IMG/VR virus record: IMGVR_UViG_3300030118_004184 | Location: 1 to 28,254 of that record | Direction: 5' to 3' (one strand) | Source of the DNA: a virus | Lineage: Duplodnaviria > Caudoviricetes | DNA: 28,254 nt | Shown here: piece by piece, positions 9,797 to 19,227 of the stretch | Position numbering within the stretch: position 1 is the first letter of the stretch | Layout of the letters: the number at the start of each line of letters is the position of its first letter | Made by a program: the position numbers and the translations under genes | The notes under the pieces: model-generated | Database searches by the model: none | Told to the model about the DNA's origin: nothing | Seen by the model: only the letters and a program-made list of their open reading frames with translations

Positions 9797-10410
9797 AACA
9801 CAACTCGCGGAAGTCTGATCGGGTTCAGCAGCTCTTTAACTTCGTCCGGTATCGTTTTAACTGATATTCTTACCGTCGAGTTCGCTTGACTGATTTGTTC
9901 TTTTCCTTGGTTGGCTTTGTTTCGGTGTAGTTGAGAACACCAAACACAGATCGCATGTTCCAGATCATCCGGTAAGGTTACAGAAGTATAACCGGCGGTC
10001 ACTATTACTTTGTTAGTACGATAGCCGGTTTGAAATTGTGTAGTGGCTTGATTCGGATCTATGTAGATCCTTCCAAGTTGAGCATTAAAAGAATAGACCG
10101 AAGCATCGATCAGACTATCACTTTCGTACTTGCGATTAATGTCCGCATGTACAGAAGTGATAGTCGCGATCGGTGCTATCGGTAATTGTAAAGTGAAAGA
10201 ATCATACATTGCAGGTGCATCAACAAAGACCGTATAAGTTGAGACATCAAGCACAGGATTCAACGATCCATCTGGAGCCGGAAAGCCGAGATAACGAGCG
10301 ACCGCGGTTTCTACTCGATCCCGCAATGCTGTCAAATCGGTATCCGCTCCAGTTGAACCGGCAAGTTCTGGAAGATACTCTTTGATTGTTGATACACTTA
10401 CAATAGACAT
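9793..10410 (-). CDS. Head-tail connector/adaptor (gp6-like)
   Basis: IKEYL, LQLPIAPIATITSV, VIVTAGY and LPDDLEHAI motifs; follows the capsid gene. Confidence 0.85.
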   Translation of the reverse strand: MSIVSVSTIKEYLPELAGSTGADTDLTALRDRVETAVARYLGFPAPDGSLNPVLDVSTYTVFVDAPAMYDSFTLQLPIAPIATITSVHADINRKYESDSLIDASVYSFNAQLGRIYIDPNQATTQFQTGYRTNKVIVTAGYTSVTLPDDLEHAICVWCSQLHRNKANQGKEQISQANSTVRISVKTIPDEVKELLNPIRLPRVVL

Positions 10411-10416
10411 GATTGA

Positions 10417-11898
10417 TTAACTATTTAAGTTAGTAATGAACGCGCAGTTTTTCGCGAGTGCTGAATCACTGGAAGCCATGACACCACGGAAAGAAGCGAC
10501 CAAAGTCATTGCTCCGGTGGATATATCTCGTTGTGTCTCAACCTGTAAACCACGACGAACATATTGATGGAAACTTGATCGGTTAAAGATCACAAATCCG
10601 GTCATTGATGAAGGTGTATTTGTGTAGTTTCCGCTTGCATCAAGGTCCGCGGTCATAAATCGAGACATGATGACAGGCATATCCAAAATGGACCCGAGTT
10701 GCGTTCCAGTTAGAACAGTAGCTTTATCGCCAAACTTATCTATGGTCACAAGTTCGCTAAGATCTAAAAAGTGCTTGATCAATGCTTCTGGAGATACGAC
10801 AAGAACCTTGTCTTGACTTGCGCCATATTCGCCCATTGAAGAGATCGCGGTTATGATATCACTAAAAGCCATATCGTTGGGATCGCCGGCCATGTTTCGA
10901 GTTGACTTGTTAGCCGCTAATTGACGAAAACCATCAAACGCCTTTCTGTGGTCGTTTGCATTTCCTGTAACAGTCCAACGTGATCGAGGATTCCAGTTCG
11001 CAAAATCAGAATCAAAGGCTCCGCTGGTCTGACCGTTGATCATTGCATCCTCGAAACCGCTTTCGATAGTATCAACAAGATCACGACTCAAGATTTGAGT
11101 CAAGGCCAAAGCGGAATCTTCCATAACAGCTTGATCGATTAAATATCGCACGGTCATACCTTGCATGTTGATCGTCTTTTGTGCTGTTGTTACGGTTGAT
11201 GCTTTGTACTGGTTAGCAGCTGCATAAGGATTATCATCGCTGATCGTAGTTTGAACATATGGCTGTCCGCCTTTACTCAACCGAGGAATCAACAAAGAAC
11301 CACGATCGACCGGTACTTCATCAAGAAGTGCACGAAGTGATCGAGGTGTTTTGTAATCTTGTGCAAGCTCTTCGACAAATCGTGATTGAGTCCATTCAGC
11401 ACCGGAACCGGCTCCTCCAGCATAAACACGTTGGATTTGAGGCTTGATTGATTTCGGAGCAAGTTCTAAATGTTTATGAAGCTTGACATCCATCTTCGGC
11501 GTGTGTGGATTTGCCATCAACATGCGCGCAAAGTTACGCTTACGAACGATCTTTTGTAATTCATCCTGCCATTCACAGATCGGGCTATCATCAAGAAGAC
11601 CTTTTAGTTCGGCATCAATTACACCTTGACCATTGATCGAAATCTGTGAACGTTCAACACGAGTTCGAAGATTTCCATCTTTTTTGATGTAACGAGAAAG
11701 CTTGCCTTCTTCTCCGGTGTATTCTGGAGCCGCTTTGGTGTAAGCTTCTGAAAGTTTGCGCTGTGCAAGTTTCAGATCTTCAACTTGGCGATCAAGGTTA
11801 GTCAGTTTATCTTCTGCATTTTTTTGGTGGCTTCGGATTCCTTCAAGTATCCCTTTGGCTTCCGCGACCATGTTTTCATTTACATTATAATCAGACAT
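10417..11898 (-). CDS. Major capsid protein (HK97 fold, N-terminal scaffold-like coiled coil)
   Basis: 493 aa after the protease; EDAMING, GSILDMPVIMS and LQVETQRD...RG motifs; RBS AGGGAG. Confidence 0.92.
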   Translation of the reverse strand: MSDYNVNENMVAEAKGILEGIRSHQKNAEDKLTNLDRQVEDLKLAQRKLSEAYTKAAPEYTGEEGKLSRYIKKDGNLRTRVERSQISINGQGVIDAELKGLLDDSPICEWQDELQKIVRKRNFARMLMANPHTPKMDVKLHKHLELAPKSIKPQIQRVYAGGAGSGAEWTQSRFVEELAQDYKTPRSLRALLDEVPVDRGSLLIPRLSKGGQPYVQTTISDDNPYAAANQYKASTVTTAQKTINMQGMTVRYLIDQAVMEDSALALTQILSRDLVDTIESGFEDAMINGQTSGAFDSDFANWNPRSRWTVTGNANDHRKAFDGFRQLAANKSTRNMAGDPNDMAFSDIITAISSMGEYGASQDKVLVVSPEALIKHFLDLSELVTIDKFGDKATVLTGTQLGSILDMPVIMSRFMTADLDASGNYTNTPSSMTGFVIFNRSSFHQYVRRGLQVETQRDISTGAMTLVASFRGVMASSDSALAKNCAFITNLNS

Positions 11899-11914
11899 TA
11901 TAAGAACTCCCTTT

Positions 11915-13438
11915 TTAGTCTGTTTGTTTTAATAGATCGTACAAAAAAGCAAAAGATTTTGCTTCTTGATCTTTTGGCGAAGAGCCAAGCTTTTTGAGTT
12001 TGTCGATCTCGGCGTTGATTGTGTCTTTCATATGTTGTAGACCTTTCTCACCGATGACAAGCCATTTCATTTGTGCAACAGTTCCAGCTATACGGAAATC
12101 TTGAAGATGTCGAGCCGCCCAAGCTTCACGAAGTCGGATCGCTTCTTCTTGGTTCTCTGTTTCCGGAACACCGTTATTATCTTGTATTCTTTTCAATAGT
12201 CGGAACTGTTGATTTCCTAAGATGTTTCCACCTTTACGCCAAATAGACGGATATTCGAGTTTAATCTTCTCGGCATAATCAACAGGAAAGATCGGATATT
12301 GTGAGTTCCGCAATGATACCTTTTTATCTTCTCCAGCTTTCGGAAAGTTAGATATCTCTTTCGTGATTTGCTTCTCTTCTTCGGCGTTCGATAGTGGATG
12401 ATCTTTTGGTAATAGATCAACATCGTACGGTTTGCTTTTGAACTTTCCGGTCCTCATTGCAAAGAGTAAACCATTGACTCGGGCCATGGCCCATTGATCA
12501 GCACTGGAAACAGAAGGACGAACGGAAGAAGGATTTCCAAAAAATGCGGCCAAACCTCGATGATAGGAAACAGCTAAATAATTTCTATTCGTTAGTTTCT
12601 TCTCTGGATTGTCTCCATATTCTTCATTATGCTGTTCGGCTTTGTTGATGAGTGCTTTCTGTGTTGACTCTTTGAGTGCTTCCATCGCTTCTTTCGCGTT
12701 TGACTTCAAACCATAGTTTTCATCTTTGGTCTTTGGCTTGTCTTCTTCTGAATCTTCATCATGATAATACTTGTCTTCTTCTGACTCCGAATCTTCATCA
12801 TCATGATAGTATTTGTCATCCATTGAAAAAAGACTTTCGATAAAATCGGCTTGTCTCGCATGTGCCTCAACACTTCCACGAAGTTGTTCTATATACTTGT
12901 ATAACTCGGAAGCCTGATCTTTCGATAGAGTCATCGACTCAACATTCTCAATGTTACGATATTCTTTTGATGAAACAGCTTCTTGATTTGCTGGAATCGT
13001 CACGACTGAAACTTCCAGAAGCTCGGCACTCTTGAAGAATGTCCCCTTCTCACCTTTTGCATAATGGCCGTCTGGAAGTTCTGATCTTTCCACGGCTTCA
13101 ATTGGATTAAAACCAACAGACACAGCATTGAGAAAACCGGCTTTAACTTTGCGGCCTATCTCGGCGGCTCTCGGATCGTCCATATCAAAAGTGATATCGA
13201 TCATTAAGTTACCATCTACAACATCGACATCGCCTTTTCCGATCGGTAGTTGGTTAGCGTCGTGATTAAATAATATAATTGGATTTTTTCGGTAGTTCGT
13301 CAAATCCCATGATTGCGCTATGACATCACCATAGCGATCTTCGGCTGAAGTGGAAGCAATAAAAGAAGCCATTAATGGCGCGTCTTCCGGCTCTTCTTCT
13401 GGAGCGATTCGTTCGACAAATAGTTTTTTGATTATCAT
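11915..13438 (-). CDS. Prohead protease (HK97 family) with long C-terminal extension
   Basis: ASTSAEDRYGDVI, NPIILFNHD, AVSVGF and ELLEVSVVTIPAN motifs; likely start MIIKK at 13438. Confidence 0.92.
   Translation of the reverse strand: MIIKKLFVERIAPEEEPEDAPLMASFIASTSAEDRYGDVIAQSWDLTNYRKNPIILFNHDANQLPIGKGDVDVVDGNLMIDITFDMDDPRAAEIGRKVKAGFLNAVSVGFNPIEAVERSELPDGHYAKGEKGTFFKSAELLEVSVVTIPANQEAVSSKEYRNIENVESMTLSKDQASELYKYIEQLRGSVEAHARQADFIESLFSMDDKYYHDDEDSESEEDKYYHDEDSEEDKPKTKDENYGLKSNAKEAMEALKESTQKALINKAEQHNEEYGDNPEKKLTNRNYLAVSYHRGLAAFFGNPSSVRPSVSSADQWAMARVNGLLFAMRTGKFKSKPYDVDLLPKDHPLSNAEEEKQITKEISNFPKAGEDKKVSLRNSQYPIFPVDYAEKIKLEYPSIWRKGGNILGNQQFRLLKRIQDNNGVPETENQEEAIRLREAWAARHLQDFRIAGTVAQMKWLVIGEKGLQHMKDTINAEIDKLKKLGSSPKDQEAKSFAFLYDLLKQTD
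12746..12818 (-). repeat. Intragenic tandem duplication encoding DKYYHD(D)EDSE twice
   Basis: Protein reads DDKYYHDDEDSESEEDKYYHDEDSEED; DNA repeats GAATCTTCATCAT...ATGATA...TTGTC. Confidence 0.7.
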
Positions 13439-13509
13439 ATTATTCACCCGAGGAGAGTATACCTGTTTTTTTTTACTTTTGCAAAGTTGATTTTTTTCAG
13501 TATTATTTT

Positions 13510-14323
13510 TTATTCTTTCACGACCATAGCTTGCATCGTACATCGACAATTTATATCTTCAGCGGCTACACCAAAAGAAGCCGGTGATTGTGTTGTCGCT
13601 CCAGATGATGACACAAAGTCTTCATTCACTGGAATCGTTACACCGTCGAGTTCCGTATGTGTCTCGCGAACAAACTCATCGTTTTCAGTTATCCAAACTT
13701 TCTCAAGCTTGACTCCATTTTGACCGGCTTGATTATAGGCTTCATTAATTGCGCTATTGATTACTTTTGTTGATTCTGTTCTCGCGATGGTTTGCGCGCG
13801 TGACTCGTCAAATGCTACAGAGTCACGAATGGAATCAAGGATCTCGTCTTTCGATGCTCCTTCTTCTTCTCCCTTCTTGACAGCCTTCTCGATCTTGTCG
13901 ATGGTTGTCTTTGTTATCTCTCGGCTGATCTTCTGGAGATGTCTTTCGAGAGCATCGCCGGACTTGAATTGTATTGAGTCGAGATCGGCTTCTTGCATAA
14001 CCTTGTTGATCTCTTCTTGGCCGATCTGGTTATACTGTTCTCTATAGATAGATTTTGCAAGCTCTCGGATTTTCCGAACCTCGATATCTTGACCTCTCAA
14101 AGATGACCAATCGATTATGTTAATATCAAACTGTTTTGATATACTTCTTCTTTGTGTCTCTTGAATGTATTCTTCGGCTCTTTCAAGATATCGCTTTTTT
14201 GCACCGGCCAAATATCGAGAGAATATCAACCTGATTTTTTTCTCGACTGGTTTATATCTTCGTTCAAAGTATTGATTCCAGAAGAATCTTCTTTCAGTTG
14301 GTGAGTTATCAAAGTTTTTTTTT
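13510..14323 (-). CDS. Head morphogenesis protein (MuF/SPP1 gp7-like), possibly translated as a portal fusion via -1 frameshift
   Basis: RAQTIARTES, KVWIT..D..VRETH..LDG and EDINCRC motifs; frame is open back to the A10 run and closed by TAA just before it; the ORF-track start is TTG at 14229. Confidence 0.85.
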
Positions 14324-15560
14324 TAGTATTCTCAAAGAGTCGAAGAACGGTCTTTTGTGATTTTTCATCTAAAAGAGAAGGCTCTTCTTTGCTGGCCATC
14401 TTTCCGATCGGTGCATCATGTAAACCTTCAAACGCATAAGCATCACTCGCCTTCATCCCATTCATAATATGAAGTTGTATTCTCGCCAGCTGAGCATCTC
14501 TAACACTCTGCAGCGGTTCAACGCTTGAAAAGTCATGCTGAACAGAAAGATCAAGATCAAACAATCGCGCTAACTTTGTGAGCATGATCTCGATTCGCTT
14601 GGCGCGCTTCTTCTGCAGTTCCCAATAGTTAATACTTTGAGATCTCGAAGTTGCATAGTTAGCAGAAGGCAAACCAAGAACACTCGGGGGAGTTCCGATC
14701 ACCGCGCTGATGATTTGCATAGTCATCGTTCTAACTGTTTCAAATTCCATATCTTTCGGCGAGACGTTCAAAGGTGTTACATCGGCTTCACCAGATAGGA
14801 CCAAAACACCGCCGGACTTTGCAAGCTTCGAATAGTTATCGGATATTTGTCTTCTGGTTTCGGCCGGCCAAATATCTCCGTCTTTTGGTGAGATCAAAAT
14901 ATCCGGATGACCTTGCGCGCTGGCTTGGCTTGTAAGATTTTGCGTATTTAGATCGGCGTTGAGTTCTCGGCGTAAACTCTCGATCGCTCCAGTTCCAAAG
15001 AGCGACTTCGGTCCTTTCTCATAGCTTGCATTTCGTGCGGTTAGTATTCTTTCCGGTGGATACAATACTGATTGTCCGTTTGATGTATGCTCATAACCAA
15101 CGATCCCTAATTCATTTGTAACAATTCGAACCTCGTCCGGATGTAATCGAACAACCGAGTCCGGTTTTTTTTCGTTGACTCCCAACATAAGACAATAACA
15201 AGAACCGGATAAGATAAGATCAAGTATGATCTGATTACGGAATAAATAACCATCAACAGAAATAGATGGCTGATCAAGTAGTGCGGTGAGTGGATGATCA
15301 GCAATCTCGACCGCATCTTTCCCTTTTCCCTTGATAACTTTGAGAGGAAGAGCCGCGAGATCTTCACAGGATCGAGTAATAGCCGCATATAGATAGCCGT
15401 GATTTCCGTATGCTTCCAAAGCTGTCAAAGCATTAAAAGGATTCCGGACTCCATTCGGTGAGTTCCACGAAGAGCCGTGATTTTCTTTTGTTGGCTTACT
15501 TTCAAGCTTGGCAGCTGATCGGGTGCGAAACAATCCAAAGAAGGAATCAAATATAGACAT
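14226..15560 (-). CDS. Portal protein (HK97 family)
   Basis: LAALPLKV, HPLTALLDQP, SPKDMEF and IGTPPSVLG...ANYA motifs; start MSIFDSFF with GGAG RBS. Confidence 0.93.
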   Translation of the reverse strand: MSIFDSFFGLFRTRSAAKLESKPTKENHGSSWNSPNGVRNPFNALTALEAYGNHGYLYAAITRSCEDLAALPLKVIKGKGKDAVEIADHPLTALLDQPSISVDGYLFRNQIILDLILSGSCYCLMLGVNEKKPDSVVRLHPDEVRIVTNELGIVGYEHTSNGQSVLYPPERILTARNASYEKGPKSLFGTGAIESLRRELNADLNTQNLTSQASAQGHPDILISPKDGDIWPAETRRQISDNYSKLAKSGGVLVLSGEADVTPLNVSPKDMEFETVRTMTMQIISAVIGTPPSVLGLPSANYATSRSQSINYWELQKKRAKRIEIMLTKLARLFDLDLSVQHDFSSVEPLQSVRDAQLARIQLHIMNGMKASDAYAFEGLHDAPIGKMASKEEPSLLDEKSQKTVLRLFENTKKKTLITHQLKEDSSGINTLNEDINQSRKKSG

Positions 15561-15624
15561 GTTGAGATCTCCATTTTTGTCACAATGATGATAACATAAA
15601 AAAGGCGATCTTGTATTCAACACA

Positions 15625-15665
15625 AAAAGAGAAAGCCGGACAAAGCCGGCGAACCTTCTCTTTTC
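15625..15665. terminator. Possibly bidirectional hairpin terminator upstream of portal
   Basis: GCCGG-ACAAAG-CCGGC stem flanked by complementary AAAAGAGAA and TTCTCTTTT. Confidence 0.5.
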
Positions 15666-15761
15666 TTCATCTAACGACGTAAATCATATAGTGTTAGAAT
15701 TGCCGAACTTATTTCGGCCTGATTGATATAGTTTTATTTTATTTTATTTTCAAATTTTATT

Positions 15762-15821
15762 TTATTTTTGGTCTTCACAATCGCAAGGATCACAACCGCA
15801 ATAGTCACATGTATCTTTCAT
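15762..15821 (-). CDS. 19-aa Cys-rich microprotein MKDTCDYCGCDPCDCEDQK
   Basis: ATG overlaps the holin stop (ATGA); five Cys; below the ORF-track cutoff. Confidence 0.55.
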   Translation of the reverse strand: MKDTCDYCGCDPCDCEDQK

Positions 15822-16159
15822 TGTATTTTCTTCTGCCTGATAAGTAAAAGCGCATCAAGTTTATCTTTGATTGCGTTGATCATAAGATCCTGTTTCTCGA
15901 CGGTCTTCTCGAGCCGGTCGATTTGTTGGACGATTTGCGAATGTATCTTGTTTCGCTCTTCAAAGAATAAGACTCTCTCTTTATCGTACTTCTCGATCAC
16001 AACATCATATCGATCTCTCAAAAGCTGACTATCTTCTCGAGCTTGCTTTGATATCTTCTCGATTTGTTTTGTGTTCTGTAAGTAAAGCCAAAATAAAAGA
16101 CCGGCGGTGATGCCAAGCGATCCATAATCTAACAAGTATTTGAAAATTGATTCTTCCAT
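15818..16159 (-). CDS. Holin-like protein (BhlA/UviB-like: one TM plus coiled coil)
   Basis: YLLDYGSLGITAGLLFWLYL TM followed by a charged coiled coil; GAGGA RBS before MEESIF. Confidence 0.6.
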   Translation of the reverse strand: MEESIFKYLLDYGSLGITAGLLFWLYLQNTKQIEKISKQAREDSQLLRDRYDVVIEKYDKERVLFFEERNKIHSQIVQQIDRLEKTVEKQDLMINAIKDKLDALLLIRQKKIQ

Positions 16160-16188
16160 GATAATAATCCTCGATCTTATATATAGCA

Positions 16189-17658
16189 TTAAAAATGAGA
16201 TTTGTATCGGTGGTACCATGAGCAGAAATATCTCAAAGCGTCCATTCCGTGATCGTCTGACTTTTTCGGTCGGTCGGTACCGTTTGTGGTTTTTGCCCAG
16301 CGATATTTTTTGAATTCCATCAATAAGTTTTTGCATTTTTTAGCGACAAAAAGAAGCGGTTTTCCATCCGCTTGAATTGTAAGACTTGATTTAACAAGGT
16401 TGATAGATTCTATCAGTCCATACTTTCCTGATTTTGGAGCCGGTACATTTGGAAGATTACATTGTCGATTCAAGATCAAGCGCGCATCTTTTGATTCTGG
16501 ATCGCAAATCACAAAGTTAAAAGGCTTGTATCGATGAAACTTAGCTTGTATAGCATGTCCATTTTGGATCGTTGTCTTCTCTTTCATGAAGTATTCGTCA
16601 ACCACAAAATAGCGTTCGCCATCTGTGGCGATCAGCAAAGCCGCGAACGGGTTGACGACTCCGAAGTCGACGGACACAAAGACGTCAAATCGATCACGGT
16701 CTGATATATCTATCGAATCAATAACATGCACATTGCGGTCAAACTCAGGATAAACAAGTCCGGCCTGATTTGTAAAGTCACCGAATAAACGTGACCTTTT
16801 TGATTCGTCGCTCATGTGTGCTATTGTTGACATCATCTTCTTTGATGAAATATAAGGATTGTCAAGACCTGATATCTTAGCAGCGACGAAGCCTTCTTTC
16901 GGATCTTGGAGGAATAGATTTGCCGGCCAAGTAAATCCTTTTAGTGGTGTCATCGTCAGAATAACACCGTTCGAGATTCCGGAGTCGATTGTTCGCATTT
17001 GCGCTTCTTCGAAGATCTCGTAAGGATGTTCTTCATCCAACCAAACAAGCTCGCACGATTGTCCTTGATATTTTTCGCGACCACTATCAGCAGACATCGA
17101 ATAGATTTTTCCACCGTTTGGAAGGATAGCCATTCCGCGATCTTGCGCGTTCCATCTCGTGTACTTTGTACCGGCTGGAAGATATTGTTTTAACTTTGGC
17201 CGGATGTACGCGATAGCATCACCATAAGAAAGAGCACTCGCGATCACGGTTGAAGGGTTTTCGTTTGGAACAACCGAATCAGGGAGATCATTGAGTCGCA
17301 ACCATTCACGAACCCACCATTCACCGCGACCGGCCGCAACCGCTACACACAACATAGATCCGGCTTGTGTCTTTCCTGATCTATTACCACCGAAGAGAGC
17401 TGTCGAAGTTGTTCCGAGATTCGCGATCGCTTCTCGTTGACTTGTTCGCTCTTCTTTGATGTTGCACGTGGAACACTCATAATAACCACGGCCGATCTGT
17501 TTCATTGGTTGCATGCAACCACAAAGACGATCTGACTTTTCGCCAAGTCCATCCCACCGGACACAATGAGGAACCCAAAGACGCGAGATAGAAAGCGGAT
17601 AGTTATTCTGTAACCATCTTAATTGCTTTCTTGTCTCGATTACATCACGGAGATTCAT
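16189..17658 (-). CDS. terL: Terminase large subunit
   Basis: Walker A GGNRSGKT, Walker B VWLDEE, TMTP coupling motif, nuclease VDFG and DDHGMDALRY. Confidence 0.95.
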   Translation of the reverse strand: MNLRDVIETRKQLRWLQNNYPLSISRLWVPHCVRWDGLGEKSDRLCGCMQPMKQIGRGYYECSTCNIKEERTSQREAIANLGTTSTALFGGNRSGKTQAGSMLCVAVAAGRGEWWVREWLRLNDLPDSVVPNENPSTVIASALSYGDAIAYIRPKLKQYLPAGTKYTRWNAQDRGMAILPNGGKIYSMSADSGREKYQGQSCELVWLDEEHPYEIFEEAQMRTIDSGISNGVILTMTPLKGFTWPANLFLQDPKEGFVAAKISGLDNPYISSKKMMSTIAHMSDESKRSRLFGDFTNQAGLVYPEFDRNVHVIDSIDISDRDRFDVFVSVDFGVVNPFAALLIATDGERYFVVDEYFMKEKTTIQNGHAIQAKFHRYKPFNFVICDPESKDARLILNRQCNLPNVPAPKSGKYGLIESINLVKSSLTIQADGKPLLFVAKKCKNLLMEFKKYRWAKTTNGTDRPKKSDDHGMDALRYFCSWYHRYKSHF

Positions 17659-18095
17659 TCTTTGATATCAGGCATGAAGAACTTTTTTAGTTCTTCGTTA
17701 GATCTTGCCACCTCTTCAAGGAGTTCTTTTGTTGATATCTCATCAACCTCGATCGCTATATCTTCATCAACGGGATCAATCACTTTATTGTAACCAAAGC
17801 ACCTTTCCAGAAGCCAAGCCGAAGAAGTCCAGTTTCCATCTTTTGCACTTTTAAGAATGATCGCTAAGTTATGCGCGATTCCATCCGCAAGAGCTTTTTC
17901 TACTCGCTGCATAAATTGATAATATGGTTGTTCTTTTCGTTTGGCTTTTGCTTTCCATGAGTAATAGGCGCGCGTTGATATTCCGGCGCGCTGACACATA
18001 TGATCGACTTTCATTCCGAGCCGTGCGGACTCGCAAAGCTTAGCGACTGTTTCTTCTGTTAGTTTGGTCGGTCTTCCACTTGTCGGTTTTTTCAT
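17655..18095 (-). CDS. terS: Terminase small subunit
   Basis: GRPTKLT, HTH (AGISTRAYYSW) and AWLLER motifs; overlaps the terL start. Confidence 0.85.
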   Translation of the reverse strand: MKKPTSGRPTKLTEETVAKLCESARLGMKVDHMCQRAGISTRAYYSWKAKAKRKEQPYYQFMQRVEKALADGIAHNLAIILKSAKDGNWTSSAWLLERCFGYNKVIDPVDEDIAIEVDEISTKELLEEVARSNEELKKFFMPDIKE

Positions 18096-19225
18096 TGTTC
18101 AGCCTTTTTTTTAGTTCGTTTGTTTCTTATATACGAAAGATAGTTACATCCATCTTCGACATCCCAAAAGATTTTTATGCGCGCCGGCTCATCAGCAAAA
18201 GGATCGATAACAGCAAAACAAGCGGCTCCATGTTCTTGAATGTTGAAACCTTTCGACTTTGCATAACCATCTACACTTTTATAACCTTTGACCGATATCG
18301 CATGTGAGATCCTACCATGTCGCATTTCAGTCATCAAGTAACCCCAATTATGAATATGACCAGCTGCGAGAAGGTTGGCTTTTCCATCCCATATTGATTC
18401 TTTATTAGCAGCATGTGTAGAATGATAGAAAGAGTTTCCTTTGAAGAAGTGACGAAAATAAAGATTGATATCTTCGAGGTCCGGCCGCTTTTGCCATTCG
18501 ATATTTATCTTGAGTTCATCCGGTGCATAAAATCGAACACCACAATGTTCGGTTACATATTTAATCGGTGAGAATCCATTCGCATCATTCCATAGATCAT
18601 GATTTCCGCCGATGATACACAACCACTGTAAAGACTTGAAGAGCCATTCTGTTAATCGCCAACCGTCTGAAGCAAGGATCGAGGCTTTCGAATATTCTTT
18701 TCCGAGTCGACCGATCCACGAATCCAACTGATCACCAACTGAAACCGCGAGGACTCCTTCTGTTTGTTGGCATAGCTTGACGTGATGATGTAAGAGATAC
18801 CAATCACACGCTTCAGAATCGACATGTGGATCACCAAAGATAATGATTCCTATCGGCTCGGCTGGAAGTTTCACGGTTCGAAAGTGGGTCTTTCCAAACT
18901 TCCTGATCTTTCGTTGTGTAGCATCGATCCTTTGCTGAATCAGATCCTCGATAGGGATTTGATATTCTTCTTCTTCGAGTGGCTCTTCTTCTTCAATGAT
19001 CATATCTTTGGCGCGCTTGATCTCTTCTCGCTTCTCTCTTCGGTCTCTTGTGATCATGAGTTTATCGAATACGGTCCTCATGATATAGTGTGTACAATCT
19101 TGGCCGGTGTGTTTGACTATCTTGTCGCTACATTCTTGCATTGATAGATTCTCATCGATGGCCCACTTTCTGATGAGATGCGGATATTTATTAACGATGT
19201 GAGATGAAGATATTTTTTTTTTCAT
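18092..19225 (-). CDS. Calcineurin-like metallophosphoesterase
   Basis: Complete motif set GDPH, GD, GNHD, H and GHIH. Confidence 0.85.
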   Translation of the reverse strand: MKKKISSSHIVNKYPHLIRKWAIDENLSMQECSDKIVKHTGQDCTHYIMRTVFDKLMITRDRREKREEIKRAKDMIIEEEEPLEEEEYQIPIEDLIQQRIDATQRKIRKFGKTHFRTVKLPAEPIGIIIFGDPHVDSEACDWYLLHHHVKLCQQTEGVLAVSVGDQLDSWIGRLGKEYSKASILASDGWRLTEWLFKSLQWLCIIGGNHDLWNDANGFSPIKYVTEHCGVRFYAPDELKINIEWQKRPDLEDINLYFRHFFKGNSFYHSTHAANKESIWDGKANLLAAGHIHNWGYLMTEMRHGRISHAISVKGYKSVDGYAKSKGFNIQEHGAACFAVIDPFADEPARIKIFWDVEDGCNYLSYIRNKRTKKKAEQ

Positions 19226-19227
19226 TT

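Noticed and set aside
13439-16336. Longer ORF-track starts for protease (13549), portal (15623) and holin (16336)
   Set aside because: The extensions overlap neighbouring genes or lack an RBS; downstream ATGs have SD-like sequences
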